Below, piece by piece: positions 10,166 to 21,175 of a DNA stretch of 64,000 nt. The position numbers and the translations under genes were made by a program. This DNA is from Opitutales bacterium (GTDB lineage: Bacteria; Verrucomicrobiota; Verrucomicrobiia; Opitutales; UBA2987), in the NCBI GenBank assembly GCA_965226885.1, contig CBDDEL010000010.1:352001-416000 (forward strand), in the 5' to 3' direction. Each line of letters starts with the position of its first letter. Position 1 is the stretch's first letter. Below the pieces are notes generated by a model, which was not told the origin of the DNA, made no database searches, and saw only the letters and a list, made by a program, of their open reading frames with translations.

Positions 10166-11803
10166 ATGTTGCGAACCAGCGGAACCTACGAAGAACTCTA
10201 CAGTTCCTTCAAATGGGAAATACCAGAGTTTTACAACATCGGGGTGGACGTATGTGACAAGTGGGCGCGCCAACGAAATCGGCTTGCCCTGATTTATGAG
10301 AACCGTAAGGGAGATGTGGAGCGCTTCACTTTCCGGTACCTCGCCAAGTTGTCAAACCAGCTCGCAAATGGGCTCGTGGCGCACCGCGCGGGAAAAGGTG
10401 ACCGCATAGCTCTGCTCTTGTCCCAGAGTCCGGAAATAGCCGTCGCGCACATAGCGGTCTATAAAATAGGGGCCATAGCGCTCCCCCTTTTTACCCTCTT
10501 CGGGGTGGATGCGCTTCGCTACCGCCTGTCCAACAGCGATGCAAAGGTGATCATCACGGATGGGGCCAATCTTTCCAAGATCCTGGAAATAAGGGAAATC
10601 CTACCTAACCTCGAAGCCGTGATTGTTGTGAACGGTGAAAGACCGGATGGAGTGCTGGATTTTTGGGATATCGTCGAGAAAGGATCGGCAAGGTTTGAAC
10701 CGGTAAACTCTAGAGCAGACGATCCGGCCCTGATCAGTTACACCTCGGGAACCACCGGACCGCCGAAAGGTGCGTTGCATGCCCATCGCACCCTGCTCGG
10801 TCATCTTCCCGGCGTGGAGTTTCCTCACAACTTCTTTCCCAAGCAAGATGATCTATTCTGGACGCCCGCCGATTGGTCATGGATAGGCGGGCTTTTCGAT
10901 GTGCTTTTTCCAAGCTGGCATCATGGCATCCCCGTAGTAGCTCGTAGTATCCGGAAATTTGATCCGGAAGAAGCGTTTCATTTCATTGCAAAATATGGAA
11001 TCAGAAACATATTCATGCCGCCGACGGCGTTGAAGATGATGAGGCAGGTGGAAGATCCCGCCAGCCGTTACGATTTCGATATCAGGACCATCGGGAGCGG
11101 GGGTGAGTCACTCGGTGCGCAGCTTCTGAACTGGGGCCGGGAAACGATGGGCGTAACGATCAATGAGTTCTACGGACAAACGGAAGTCAATCTTGTCGTC
11201 GGTTCCTGTTCAGAGGTAATGGTTCCGCGACCCGGCTCGATGGGCCGGGCGATCCCCGGTCACAAGGTTGAAGTGCTTGACGGTGCCGGTAATTCCGTAG
11301 CGCCGGGCGTGGTGGGAGAAATTGCCGTTCAACGCCCTGATCCTGTAATGTTTTTGGAGTACTGGCGAAACCGTGAGGCGACGGTAGGTAAGTTCATCGG
11401 GGACTGGTGTCTTACCGGCGATTTGGCACGGCGCGATGAGGACGGATACTTCTGGTTCGTGGGCCGCAAAGATGATATAATTACAAGTTCGGGTTACCGT
11501 ATGGGACCTGCCGAGATCGAAGATTGCCTTATGAAACATCCTGCTGTCGGTATGGTTGCGGTAATAGGCCGCCCCGACGAGGTCCGAACCGAAGTGGTCA
11601 AAGCGTTCATCGTTCCGAAATCCAGCGTTAGGCCGGACGGAGCGTTAAAGAAAAAGATAAAGGAGTTCGTGAAACTTCGCTTGGCGGCACACGAATACCC
11701 TCGCGAAATTGAGTTTGTAAACGAGCTTCCCCTTACCGCCACGGGCAAAATCATGAGGCGGGTGCTGAAAGAACGGGAAATAAGGAAAGCGGAGAAGCCG
11801 TAA
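10166..11803 (+). CDS. Acyl-CoA synthetase (AMP-forming, acetate/short-chain type)
   Basis: YTSGTTGPPKG, YGQTE, TGD, GRKDD, TATGKI motifs. Confidence 0.95.
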   Translation: MLRTSGTYEELYSSFKWEIPEFYNIGVDVCDKWARQRNRLALIYENRKGDVERFTFRYLAKLSNQLANGLVAHRAGKGDRIALLLSQSPEIAVAHIAVYKIGAIALPLFTLFGVDALRYRLSNSDAKVIITDGANLSKILEIREILPNLEAVIVVNGERPDGVLDFWDIVEKGSARFEPVNSRADDPALISYTSGTTGPPKGALHAHRTLLGHLPGVEFPHNFFPKQDDLFWTPADWSWIGGLFDVLFPSWHHGIPVVARSIRKFDPEEAFHFIAKYGIRNIFMPPTALKMMRQVEDPASRYDFDIRTIGSGGESLGAQLLNWGRETMGVTINEFYGQTEVNLVVGSCSEVMVPRPGSMGRAIPGHKVEVLDGAGNSVAPGVVGEIAVQRPDPVMFLEYWRNREATVGKFIGDWCLTGDLARRDEDGYFWFVGRKDDIITSSGYRMGPAEIEDCLMKHPAVGMVAVIGRPDEVRTEVVKAFIVPKSSVRPDGALKKKIKEFVKLRLAAHEYPREIEFVNELPLTATGKIMRRVLKEREIRKAEKP

Positions 11804-11858
11804 GGTTTGCCTGGAACGACCCCGAAATCGGCAATAACATTTGGCAGGCAGAAACGCC

Positions 11859-14611
11859 CTATTTCTTCAAAATCGTTTCCACAAGCCCTTCCCAGTATGA
11901 GGCGCCCATAACCAGGATCTCATCATTGAAGTCGTAGGTTGGCGTGTGGACCCTGCATTCGCTTTCCGTAGATCCACCACCGAGCCAAATGTAGCAGCCC
12001 GGCTTCTCTTCCAGCATGAAGGCAAAATCCTCCGATCCATTGCGGGGGGGCGCATCACAATCAACATTTTCCTCTCCGACAATTTCCGCGGCGGCCTTAG
12101 CCCGGATATTTCATGAAGGGTAAAGTTTGGCTCGTTATTGCTATTGGAGATGGAGATGGATTTCTTTGTATTTTGAGCAGATCGTCTTGATTTTTAGGTG
12201 TTTTTCAGGGTGTAGAGACACTGCCCCCTTTCCCCCATTGGTTCGGTAGTGCCGGGGGCAGCACCAATGCACCCTTTAGGTTGGCACCAATCGGCGGGCC
12301 GCATGGTTGAAAAGACTGGCCCAAGGATAACTCTCACTTAGGTGAAAGTGAATCGTTCGGGTGTTGCGCACGATGACCGCTCCGATCTTGATTAATTTGA
12401 GCCGCAGGGTGTGGCATTGGGCCCGCGCCCACTTCGTCCCTTTTAAGGCTAGCCGGCGCATGGCTTCCATCAAGGTGTAGGCCAGCGCCGACAAGAGCAA
12501 TCGCCACTGATTGGCCCACCATTGATGGGCGCTGGTGCGCTCGCTGAACAATTGCATCTGTTCCTTGATTCGGTTCTCCATTTCACCGCGGCCACAGTAT
12601 ACCTTGTCGTAAAGCTCCTGGGGATCGCCCGGCAGGTTCGTCACCACGAAGCGCGGGTTGGACCCCTGTGCGGTGTGTTCGGCTTTATGGATGACCAACC
12701 GCAGCCATCGCCACGAATCGGCAGCATAGACGAAGTCCTGGAATAACCGTTGTTTTTTACCCCTTAGTTCGAACCATTCTTTGGCCTGCTTTTGCAACTG
12801 CTGGGCGTCTTGCTGCAAGCGTGCATTGCGAGCCATCCCCACGATGTAACTAACTTCGTTGCGGTCGCACCAAGAGAGTATCCGGTCTCGACAAAATCCA
12901 CTGTCGGCGCGCCAAATAATCCGCGTACGGGGCCAGCTTTGGCGAATCCGTTTAACCAGCAATTTGAGGATGGCCCCGGCATGCTTGCTGGCATCGATCT
13001 TGCTCGGCCGCAGGTAGGCCACCAGCAGCTGATCACCGCAAAAAACATATAGCGGCAGAAAACAGTAATGATCATAATAACCGTGGAAAAAACGTCCCTC
13101 CTGGAGCCCGTGCACCGGATTGTCGGTGGCGTCAAAGTCCAGGATGATCTCTTCGGGTTCCTCGGCAAAGGAGCCCATGAACTGTTCGACCAACAGCTCG
13201 TTTACCGCAAAGGCCGCCCGCCGATCCTGCCCGTTTTCAAAACGACACAAAGTCGGCGCGCTGGCCAACGTTTCAATGCGCCCCGTTACCGTTTGCAACA
13301 ATGGATCGTGGCGCAGGGTATCAAAGTCGTTCAAATCCTCATAGCCCGCCACCAGCCCGTAAACGCGCTGCCGCAGCATCCCCAATACCTCATGGCGTAC
13401 TTTGCCCTTCTGCCGTTTGTCCACTAACTGTCGGGCCGCTCGTTCGGTCAAGCCCAACTGCCGATCCACTTCCCGGATCAAAAGCAGTCCGGCATCCGAA
13501 GTAACCTCTCCGCCCTTGAAATCAACCCGCACACGGCGGCCTTTTACCCTTGTCAACTGTAGCTTTAATTGTTTACCTTTTGTCATCGCTGATATTGCTT
13601 TAATTATTGATCTATCCTGCTGTATATCAGCAGTTAAGCATATCAACGATACTTTTTTTACGAAATATCCGGGTTAGCGGCGATCGCTGTCTCGTTCCGG
13701 GTGTTTCTTGTTACCGGGTATCCGGGATCTTCAGGATTAAATCTGACCGTGCCTGTTACGTCGAATCCGCGACTTACGTAATCTACAATCTCGCTGATAC
13801 GATCGTGAGCCTTCTTTCTAACCTCAGGGTCGAAACACCGTACCGTTCCCCGCAAGATCACTAATTCCGGTATAACGTTCCAGGTATTGCCCCCGTGTAT
13901 CTGAGTTAAACTGATGACTACAGTATCCAGGGGATTGGTATTCCGGCTCACGACCGTTTGCAACGCACCCACGACTTGGCAGGAAGCCACAATCGGGTCT
14001 CTTCCCTCCTGTGGCATGGCCGCGTGGCATCCCGCCCCTCTTATTTCTATTTCAAAGTTATCCATCGATGCCATGACTGGCCCGGTTCTTACTCCAAACC
14101 GTCCCGCCGGTATATCGGGTATGTTGTGCATGCCGTAAACTTCTTCCGCGGGAAATTTCCTGAACAAGCCATCGTCGATCATCTTCTTCCCTCCGCCCCG
14201 TACTTCCTCCGCGGGTTGGAAAATAAAATACACGGTCCCATCGAAACGTTTCGTGTCGGACAGGTATCTGGCCGCACCCAGGAGCATGGCTGTGTGCCCA
14301 TCATGACCACAGGCGTGCATCTTGCCATCAATCTTTGATTTATAGGGGACAGTGTTCCGTTCCTGGATGGCCAGCGCATCTATATCCGCTCGCAGAGCTA
14401 TCTTCCTCTCACTACTGCCTGCTTTCAGGGTGGCAACAACTCCGGTCTTCCCCAGTCCTTCGTCAACCGGAAGTTGAAAGCTTCTCAAATGGTCCGCGAT
14501 GAATTTTGCCGTATCGGTTTCTTCAAAAGCGATTTCCGGATATTGATGCAAATGATGGCGCCATTTCCGCATTTTCCCATCCATCAGCAGTATTTTTTCG
14601 TTTACCGGCAT
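11859..14611 (-). pseudogene. M20D amidohydrolase (hippurate hydrolase-like) split by IS1380-A
   Basis: 5' part: RADIDAL, HACGHDGH, FQPAEE; 3' part (12100-11859) continues in frame ...GSEDFAFMLEEKPGCYIWLG...YDFNDEIL; TTAG duplicated at the junction. Confidence 0.93.
12101..13673 (-). mobile_element. IS1380-family element A, copy 1 (transposase ORF 12276-13646)
   Basis: IRs CCCGGATATTTC; TSD TTAG; F.GG..TSDAG, LDFDATD, RADSGF, RGEMENRIKE motifs. Confidence 0.97.
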
Positions 14612-14700
14612 TTTTTTTCCAATCGAATTGTCAATAGTTGCGACGGACCTTGAGCATGCCCTGCCCGCGACACCATCCGCAGGTTCATACAACCGTCTGG

Positions 14701-17405
14701 TCAATCCTCGTAAAGCTTAAAAAGCGCTTGCGCGCCGTAATTCTCGCCACCCGAGGCGGCCAATTGATCATACAGACCTTTCGCCAGTTCAAGACCGGGT
14801 AGAGCCAACCCCAACTTATCGGCCGAGGCGATGGCAATTGTCAGGTCTTTGATGAAGTGTTTTACAAAAAAGCCCGGCCCAAAATTGCCTTGCAGGAAGT
14901 GCGGGGCGGCATGGCTCAGGATCACACTGCCGGCGGCTCCGTTCTTGATGCAGGCGATCACTTTCATCGCATCAAGCCCCCCTCGGCGCGCATAAGCCAT
15001 CGCCTCCGAAACGCCCACCATGTTCGCGGCGATGGCGATTTGATTACTCATCTTGGTGTGCTGACCGGCACCCGCGGAACCCATTAATCCAATATTGCCG
15101 CCCATCCTCTTGAATATCGGAAGCATCCCATCGAAAGCCTCCTGATCGCCCCCTACCATGATTGCGAGGCGCGCCTCGCGCGCGCCAATATCCCCACCCG
15201 AAACGGGAGCATCGAGGGAGGCAACTCTCTTCATATGCGCTTCCCGAAAAATGCGGACCGCCAGTTCAGGGCTCGACGTTGTCATATCAATAACTAGAGG
15301 CTGTCCCAAAAATATAAAGATTTTATAGTCAACTGGATGACGTTGATAAAAAGAGCCGGAAAGAGCAAGTTTTTGCTCGATCCGGCCAAAAAAGGGTTCT
15401 ATAATTGAGTTAGCGAAAATCAATATAGCCCTTTCTATGAAAATAGCCCTTTCTATGGAAAATATAGCCATCCAATGCCTCCTGCGTCCAGCTTTAACTG
15501 TGGTCGACCGGTGCCTCGATTACGATAACTTCCGCGCCACCATTGATCGAATCGCTCGGCTGCTGATCGACTCGGAGGTGGAATCGCAGGCCATTGAGCT
15601 GGCCTTGGAGGGGTGGCCGCCAATGGGTCTAAAGGTCCGGCGGCAGCGGGCCAGTTTTGCCATCAAGGCACTGCGCATGGATACGCTGGGCCGTCTGCTC
15701 GGAGGGATTTCGTTTCGGCATTTGTCGCGGGCTCTGGGCAGCAGCGATCTGTTGGCCGACTTTTGCCGTGTCCGGCAGATCGATGGCATCAGGGGCATCT
15801 CCAAAAGCACCCTGGAGCGGGCCTCGAAGTTTTTCAGCGAAGAGCAGTTGAGGGCCTTGCACCGGACCTTGACTGAGGTGGTGGGCGATGCCCTTCTGGC
15901 CCGGCAGGTGGTATTGGACAAGCCGATTGACACCACCATTTGCCTGATCGACGGCACCTGTTTGGAGGCTAACATTCATTGGCCGACGGACTGGGTATTA
16001 CTCAAGGATGTAGCCGGCACGTTGCTCAAAGCGATCCGGCTGATCCGCGAGAAGGCCGGTGTGCGCCATCGCATGCCGATCGAACCGGAGCCCTTGGCTC
16101 GGCAGATGAATCGGCTGTGCATACAGATGACCCACAGCCGGCGGCGAAAGGACAGCGCGCGGCAGCGCAAGGGTATCTTGAGGCAGATGAAAAAGCTGCT
16201 CAAACGGATCGGGGAGCATGCCCGCAGTCACCGGGAATTATTGCAAGCCTGCTGGGAGCAAAGCGATTACAGCGAAAAACAGGTCCAACAGATCCTCGCC
16301 CGGATGGAGCGCATGAGCGAGCAAATCCCGGTGGTCATCAAACAGGCGCACGAGCGGATCATTGGCGGCCGCCAGGTGAAAAACGCAGAGAAAGTCTTGA
16401 GTGTTTACGAACTCGATGGGCAGGTGATTGTGCGAGGTAAAGCGGGCCAAGAGGTCGAGTTCGGCAACACCCTGTTTTTGGGAGAAAGCGTTGAAGGGTA
16501 CCTGCTGGACTGGAAACTCTACGGCAGCCGAACTCCAAGCGAAAATGAACAAATGCAAGAGAGTTTGCAAAGACAGAACCGCTTCAACCTGGAAGAACCC
16601 ATAGCGGCCATGTGCGCGGACCGGGGATTTGCCTCCCAGCGGGCCCGCCGGCAGTTAGCCCAGGAGGGAATCTACGACGCGCTCTGTCCACGCGATCCGA
16701 AGCAGTTGAAAAAACGGATGGAGGAACCACTGTTCAGGCAATTGCAAAAGCGCCGGGCCAGCACCGAAGGGCGGATCGGGGTATTGAAGAATCGCTGGCA
16801 GGCCGGGCGGTTGCGCAGCAAAGGCTTTGCCAACCGCTCGATCAGCGTAGCCTGGTCGGTACTCTCGCACAACCTATGGAAAGTAGCCAAGATGCTGGCC
16901 CAGCAAGACGAACTAAAAACCAAAGCGGCGGCCTAGAGAGCGGAAAAGCAAGGACAATACTTTTTCACAGCCGTACTGTCGGCTCATACAAAGAAAACCA
17001 GGCAACCGGACCCCAGAACCAGTATCCTAACGTCATAGGAGAGCAAAGTTGATACTCTCCCAAATGCAAATACCTCTAAAATGAGCGCCTATCAAAAGCC
17101 CTCGCAAAAATCACCCTTTTGGGACAGCCTCTAACTACCGAACCAGAACGCACACAATTCAGAATACCGCTGGGTTCCAGATAAATCGACTCCACATCCT
17201 TGGGAAAGCCTACCATGGTGATAACAACATCGGATTTCGCAGCAATCTCTCCGACTGTGTCGCACCAGATCGCGCCTTTTCCAACGAGAGCATCCGCGCG
17301 TTCCTTTGTTTGGTTATAGACGTTCAGTGGGTGCCCAGCCTTAAGCAGGTGTTCTGCCATCGGCAGGCCCATAATTCCAGTTCCAATGAATCCGACTGTT
17401 TCCAC
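14701..17405 (-). pseudogene. NAD(P)-dependent 3-hydroxyacid dehydrogenase (GarR/MmsB family) split by an IS5-like element
   Basis: GFIGTGIMGLPMA before the IS; IDMTTSSP, DAPVSGG, GAGQHTKMSNQ after it. Confidence 0.93.
15297..17131 (+). mobile_element. IS5-like (IS5/ISNCY-type) element, copy 1 (transposase ~15455-16936)
   Basis: IRs GAGGCTGTCCCAAAA; 6-bp TSD TAACTA; IDGTCLEANIHWPTD, RGKAGQEVEFG, ADRGF motifs. Confidence 0.92.
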
Positions 17406-17608
17406 GATGAGTAAATTAATACTGTGTGGCGATCCTTGAATCCCTGTCCGACCGTGTCAATCCACTAAGCCGCGCGGTGATGAGGATGTCATCGCTTTGC
17501 GTTCTGAACAGGGCATCTGCCTGACTCACCGCACAATTTTTTGCATTTTACTTCAACTCTTTTTCCGGTAAGCATGCATTCTGTAAACTCAGAAAAGAAA
17601 GAATACTC

Positions 17609-18394
17609 ATGCCAAAAATAAGACCGAACAGGGTGAAAGAAAAGCTCGCCCAGGGAGAAAATGCTTACATTATCACCGGACTCACTCATTCCGATGATAT
17701 TGATGCCATCGGGCCCATCGGAATCGACGCCGTTTGGTTGGAGGGAGAGCATGGAGCCGTCGATCCGGCCGATCTCGGAAATCTCACGCGAGCCTGTGAT
17801 ATCTGGGGCATGACATCGATTGTGCGGGTTAACAAAAATGACCAGGCGCTGATCTACCGCACTCTGGATCGCGGTGCTCAGGGAATCGTCGTGCCCCATG
17901 TAAACTCAAAAGAGGAAGCTCAGAATGTGGTCGATGGGGGCAAGTTTTCACCCCTCGGCAACCGGGGCATGTTTACCAGTCGTCAGGGCTACGGCGTCCC
18001 AAATTATTTCAAAGTTGCTAACGAAGAGACGCTCCTCATCGCCCTCATTGAGGATATCGTAGCGGTGCGGAACCTGGATGAAATATTGACCGTTGAAGAG
18101 ATCGATGTATTCTTTATTGCTCCTGCTGACCTCGCAGCCTCCATGGGGCATATCGGAAACAAGTCGCATCCCGATGTTCAGGAAACGATTGATTCGACCC
18201 TTTTGAAAATTGTCGCCGCAGGCAGAACCGTAGGAACAGTGGTCAACAATCAAAACGTATCAAAATATGTTTCGGCCGGAGTCCGAGTATTGCTCACCAG
18301 TGTCAATAGCTGGATAGTCGACGGCGCGACCGAATTCATGAAGCGAGCGGAAAACACGCCGAACATACTCATCAATGCAATGCCTAGCCATTAA
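17609..18394 (+). CDS. HpcH/HpaI aldolase/citrate lyase family protein
   Basis: LEGEHG, LDRGAQGIVVPHV, LIED, PADLAASMG motifs. Confidence 0.93.
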   Translation: MPKIRPNRVKEKLAQGENAYIITGLTHSDDIDAIGPIGIDAVWLEGEHGAVDPADLGNLTRACDIWGMTSIVRVNKNDQALIYRTLDRGAQGIVVPHVNSKEEAQNVVDGGKFSPLGNRGMFTSRQGYGVPNYFKVANEETLLIALIEDIVAVRNLDEILTVEEIDVFFIAPADLAASMGHIGNKSHPDVQETIDSTLLKIVAAGRTVGTVVNNQNVSKYVSAGVRVLLTSVNSWIVDGATEFMKRAENTPNILINAMPSH

Positions 18395-18698
18395 GGTTGC
18401 GCTCTCACTCAAAAGTGCCGATGTGCTGTAGGTATTGAATGAAGTCATAATGGATCACTTTTAACCCGCCCGTTTCACTACCCACCTCAATGAGCCTGAG
18501 CGAGAATAAAAAATGGCCTCATCAAGTCCTTTCATAATCGCCTGCGCGATAAATGTCTCACCCAATACATTTGCAGACTCTGGCCAACAATCAAAAAAAC
18601 AGAGGCTGGCTCCATTCGACCTTCGGCCCACTCCGCCCCCCTGCAAAACCTACAGCAAAATTCACACTTATAGTGGTAGTGAAGATGGGGTCCGACCA
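18361..18698 (+). mobile_element. Internally deleted, diverged relic of IS3-A (3' part with IRR)
   Basis: Blocks match about 23241-23325, 23468-23500 and 23605-23770 with substitutions; ends GATGGGGTCCGACCA. Confidence 0.85.
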
Positions 18699-18766
18699 TA
18701 AACATGGTGTTTAGCGTTGCGCTCTTCGGCCCTGAAGAACAGAATCAATTGAAAAAGGAACCGTAA

Positions 18767-19570
18767 ATGGGCGAAAGGTTGAAGAATAAAGTAGCGATCG
18801 TTACCGGAGCCGGATCTATCGGAGCGGGATGGGGCAATGGCAAAGCAACGGCCGTTTTGTTCGCACGTGAAGGGGCAAAGGTGTTCGCCATCGATATTAA
18901 TCCGGCCGCTGCGGCCGAGACAAGGGCACTCATTAGAGAGGAAGGGGGGGAGTGCGCGGTACACGAAGGTGACGTCTCAAAAGCGAGAGATGTCGAAGCC
19001 ATGGTTGACCATTGTATTGAAACATTCGGAAGCGTCGATATTCTCCATAATAACGTCGGCATTTTGGATTTGGGTGGCCCCGTTGAAACCAGTGAGGAGA
19101 GTTGGGATCGTGTCATCGCGGTCAATCTTAAGAGCCTCTTTCTTATGTGCAAATACGTGCTGCCTCATATGGAAAGCAAGGGGGGGGCCATCGTCAATGT
19201 CTCGTCTATCGCCGGAATCCGTTGGCTGGGAACTTCCTATATTTCCTATAGCACGACGAAAGCGGGGATCATTCAGTTCACGCAAGCCGTTGCCCTGCAA
19301 TACGCGGCGAAGCGCATCCGGTGCAACTGTGTATTGCCCGGACTAATAAATACGCCATTGGTGCGCAAAGCATTGGGCAGCGGTTATGCCGAAGGTGATA
19401 TACAAAATTTGATGGACGCCCGGGATCGCCAATGCCCCATGGGCAAAATGGGTGATGCCTGGGATGTTGCCTACGCAGCGCTGTTCCTCGCTTCAGACGA
19501 AGCCAGATATATCACCGGCACCCAACTGATCATCGATGGCGGGTTAAGTTGTACTTCGGTGGCGCCATGA
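18767..19570 (+). CDS. Short-chain dehydrogenase/reductase (SDR)
   Basis: TGAGSIGAGWGNG, NNVG, YSTTK, RCNCVLPG, IDGG motifs. Confidence 0.96.
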   Translation: MGERLKNKVAIVTGAGSIGAGWGNGKATAVLFAREGAKVFAIDINPAAAAETRALIREEGGECAVHEGDVSKARDVEAMVDHCIETFGSVDILHNNVGILDLGGPVETSEESWDRVIAVNLKSLFLMCKYVLPHMESKGGAIVNVSSIAGIRWLGTSYISYSTTKAGIIQFTQAVALQYAAKRIRCNCVLPGLINTPLVRKALGSGYAEGDIQNLMDARDRQCPMGKMGDAWDVAYAALFLASDEARYITGTQLIIDGGLSCTSVAP

Positions 19571-19609
19571 AGTGCTCCTCGAACCCATCCTTATATGACC
19601 ATTCGGATT

Positions 19610-21175
19610 TCAGATCACTTTTCGATCCTTCCCTTGCCAATACTTTTTCCGCACCTCCCGTTTGACAATTTTTCCATAATTGTTTTTGGGTAATTCATCC
19701 ACAAAATCGACAGACTTGGGCTTTTTGTAGCTCGCGATATAGTCTTTGCAGAAATTGATTATTTCCGCTTCTGTAATTGTTTGCCCCGGGACAATTGAGA
19801 CGACGGCTTTAATGGCCTCACCCCATTTCGGGTCTGGAACCCCGATCACGGCAACCTCTCGAATCCCCGGATGTTGAATGATCACCTCCTCGATTTCACG
19901 GGGATAAATATTTTCACCGCCACTGATAATCATGTCCTTTGACCGATCCATTAGAAAGAGATACCCAAACTCATCGATGTAGCCAACGTCTCCAGTGTGC
20001 AACCACCCGTTTTTCAGTGTCTCGGCAGTGGCTTCCCGGTTACGCCAATATCCTTTCATCACCAGATCCGACCGCGTAACAATTTCACCTATTTCGCCAG
20101 AGTCCAATTCACTTTCATTGCCGTCGACAATAGCAACTTCAACATCAGTACGTGCGATGCCCGCTGACGCGAGCCGCTTCATCTGCGCAACGTTACCTTG
20201 CAACACGTGATCATGATGTGGCAGGTAGGTGATGGTCATGGGCGATTCGCCCATCCCGTAGAGCTGAACCAGACAAGGACCGAGTTTGGCCATAGCCTTT
20301 TTGAGATCTTCGAGCAGCATGGGAGCCCCTCCGTAGATAACGGCTTTCAGGGAACTGAGATCGTAGCGTTCCACCGCGGGGCTCTCTATCAGCCGGATAA
20401 CCATTGTGGGAGCAACGAACATATTCGTCACGCGATAGGTTTCAACAGCTTTCAAGACCAGATCGGGATCATAGGATTTGGATTCTAAAATAATGTTGGT
20501 TCCGCCCTTTCCGATGTTGGGCAGTGCGTACAAACCGCTGCCATGGGAGAGCGGGGCACCGTGCAGGATAGTTTCGCAAGGACCAAAATCGGGACAAATA
20601 TCCGCATAGAAATTCATCGTCATGGCAAGCAGGTTGCGATGGGTCAACATGGCTCCTTTGGGCATTCCCGTTGTGCCCGATGTGTAAAAGAGCCACGCCA
20701 GGTCATCAGGAGTCACATCAGCATCTGCAAACTGTTCAGATTCCGAAGAAAGGATGGTTTCATAGTCCAGAAGTTCGCCCTCGGCGCCACTTACCGTGAC
20801 GATATGGCTAACATGCGGTAATCGGTCCCGGACACCCATAATTGATTCGTTGAACTCAGACGAGATAATCAGCGCTTTGGATTCTGAATGGTCGATGATG
20901 AACGCAAATTCTTTGGGATGCAGCCGAAAGTTGATCGGAACGACCCCACAACCAGCCTTGAAACAGGCAAAGATCGACTCCAGCACTTGAGGGAGATTAT
21001 ACATAAGTACAGCGACGTTATCTCCTTGCTCGACGCCGAGACTGCGAAGCCCGTTTGACAAACGGTTCGCGCGTGCGTCGAATTGGGCATAGGTTAGCTT
21101 CCGGGAACCGTGGGCAATTGCCAGCTTTTCGGGATAAGTTCGCGCGGACTTTGACAGTAGCTGACCAATGTTCAT
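19610..21175 (-). CDS. Long-chain fatty-acid--CoA ligase family protein
   Basis: YTSGTTGMPKG, YGMGE, GWLHTGD, SGGENIYP motifs. Confidence 0.95.
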   Translation of the reverse strand: MNIGQLLSKSARTYPEKLAIAHGSRKLTYAQFDARANRLSNGLRSLGVEQGDNVAVLMYNLPQVLESIFACFKAGCGVVPINFRLHPKEFAFIIDHSESKALIISSEFNESIMGVRDRLPHVSHIVTVSGAEGELLDYETILSSESEQFADADVTPDDLAWLFYTSGTTGMPKGAMLTHRNLLAMTMNFYADICPDFGPCETILHGAPLSHGSGLYALPNIGKGGTNIILESKSYDPDLVLKAVETYRVTNMFVAPTMVIRLIESPAVERYDLSSLKAVIYGGAPMLLEDLKKAMAKLGPCLVQLYGMGESPMTITYLPHHDHVLQGNVAQMKRLASAGIARTDVEVAIVDGNESELDSGEIGEIVTRSDLVMKGYWRNREATAETLKNGWLHTGDVGYIDEFGYLFLMDRSKDMIISGGENIYPREIEEVIIQHPGIREVAVIGVPDPKWGEAIKAVVSIVPGQTITEAEIINFCKDYIASYKKPKSVDFVDELPKNNYGKIVKREVRKKYWQGKDRKVI

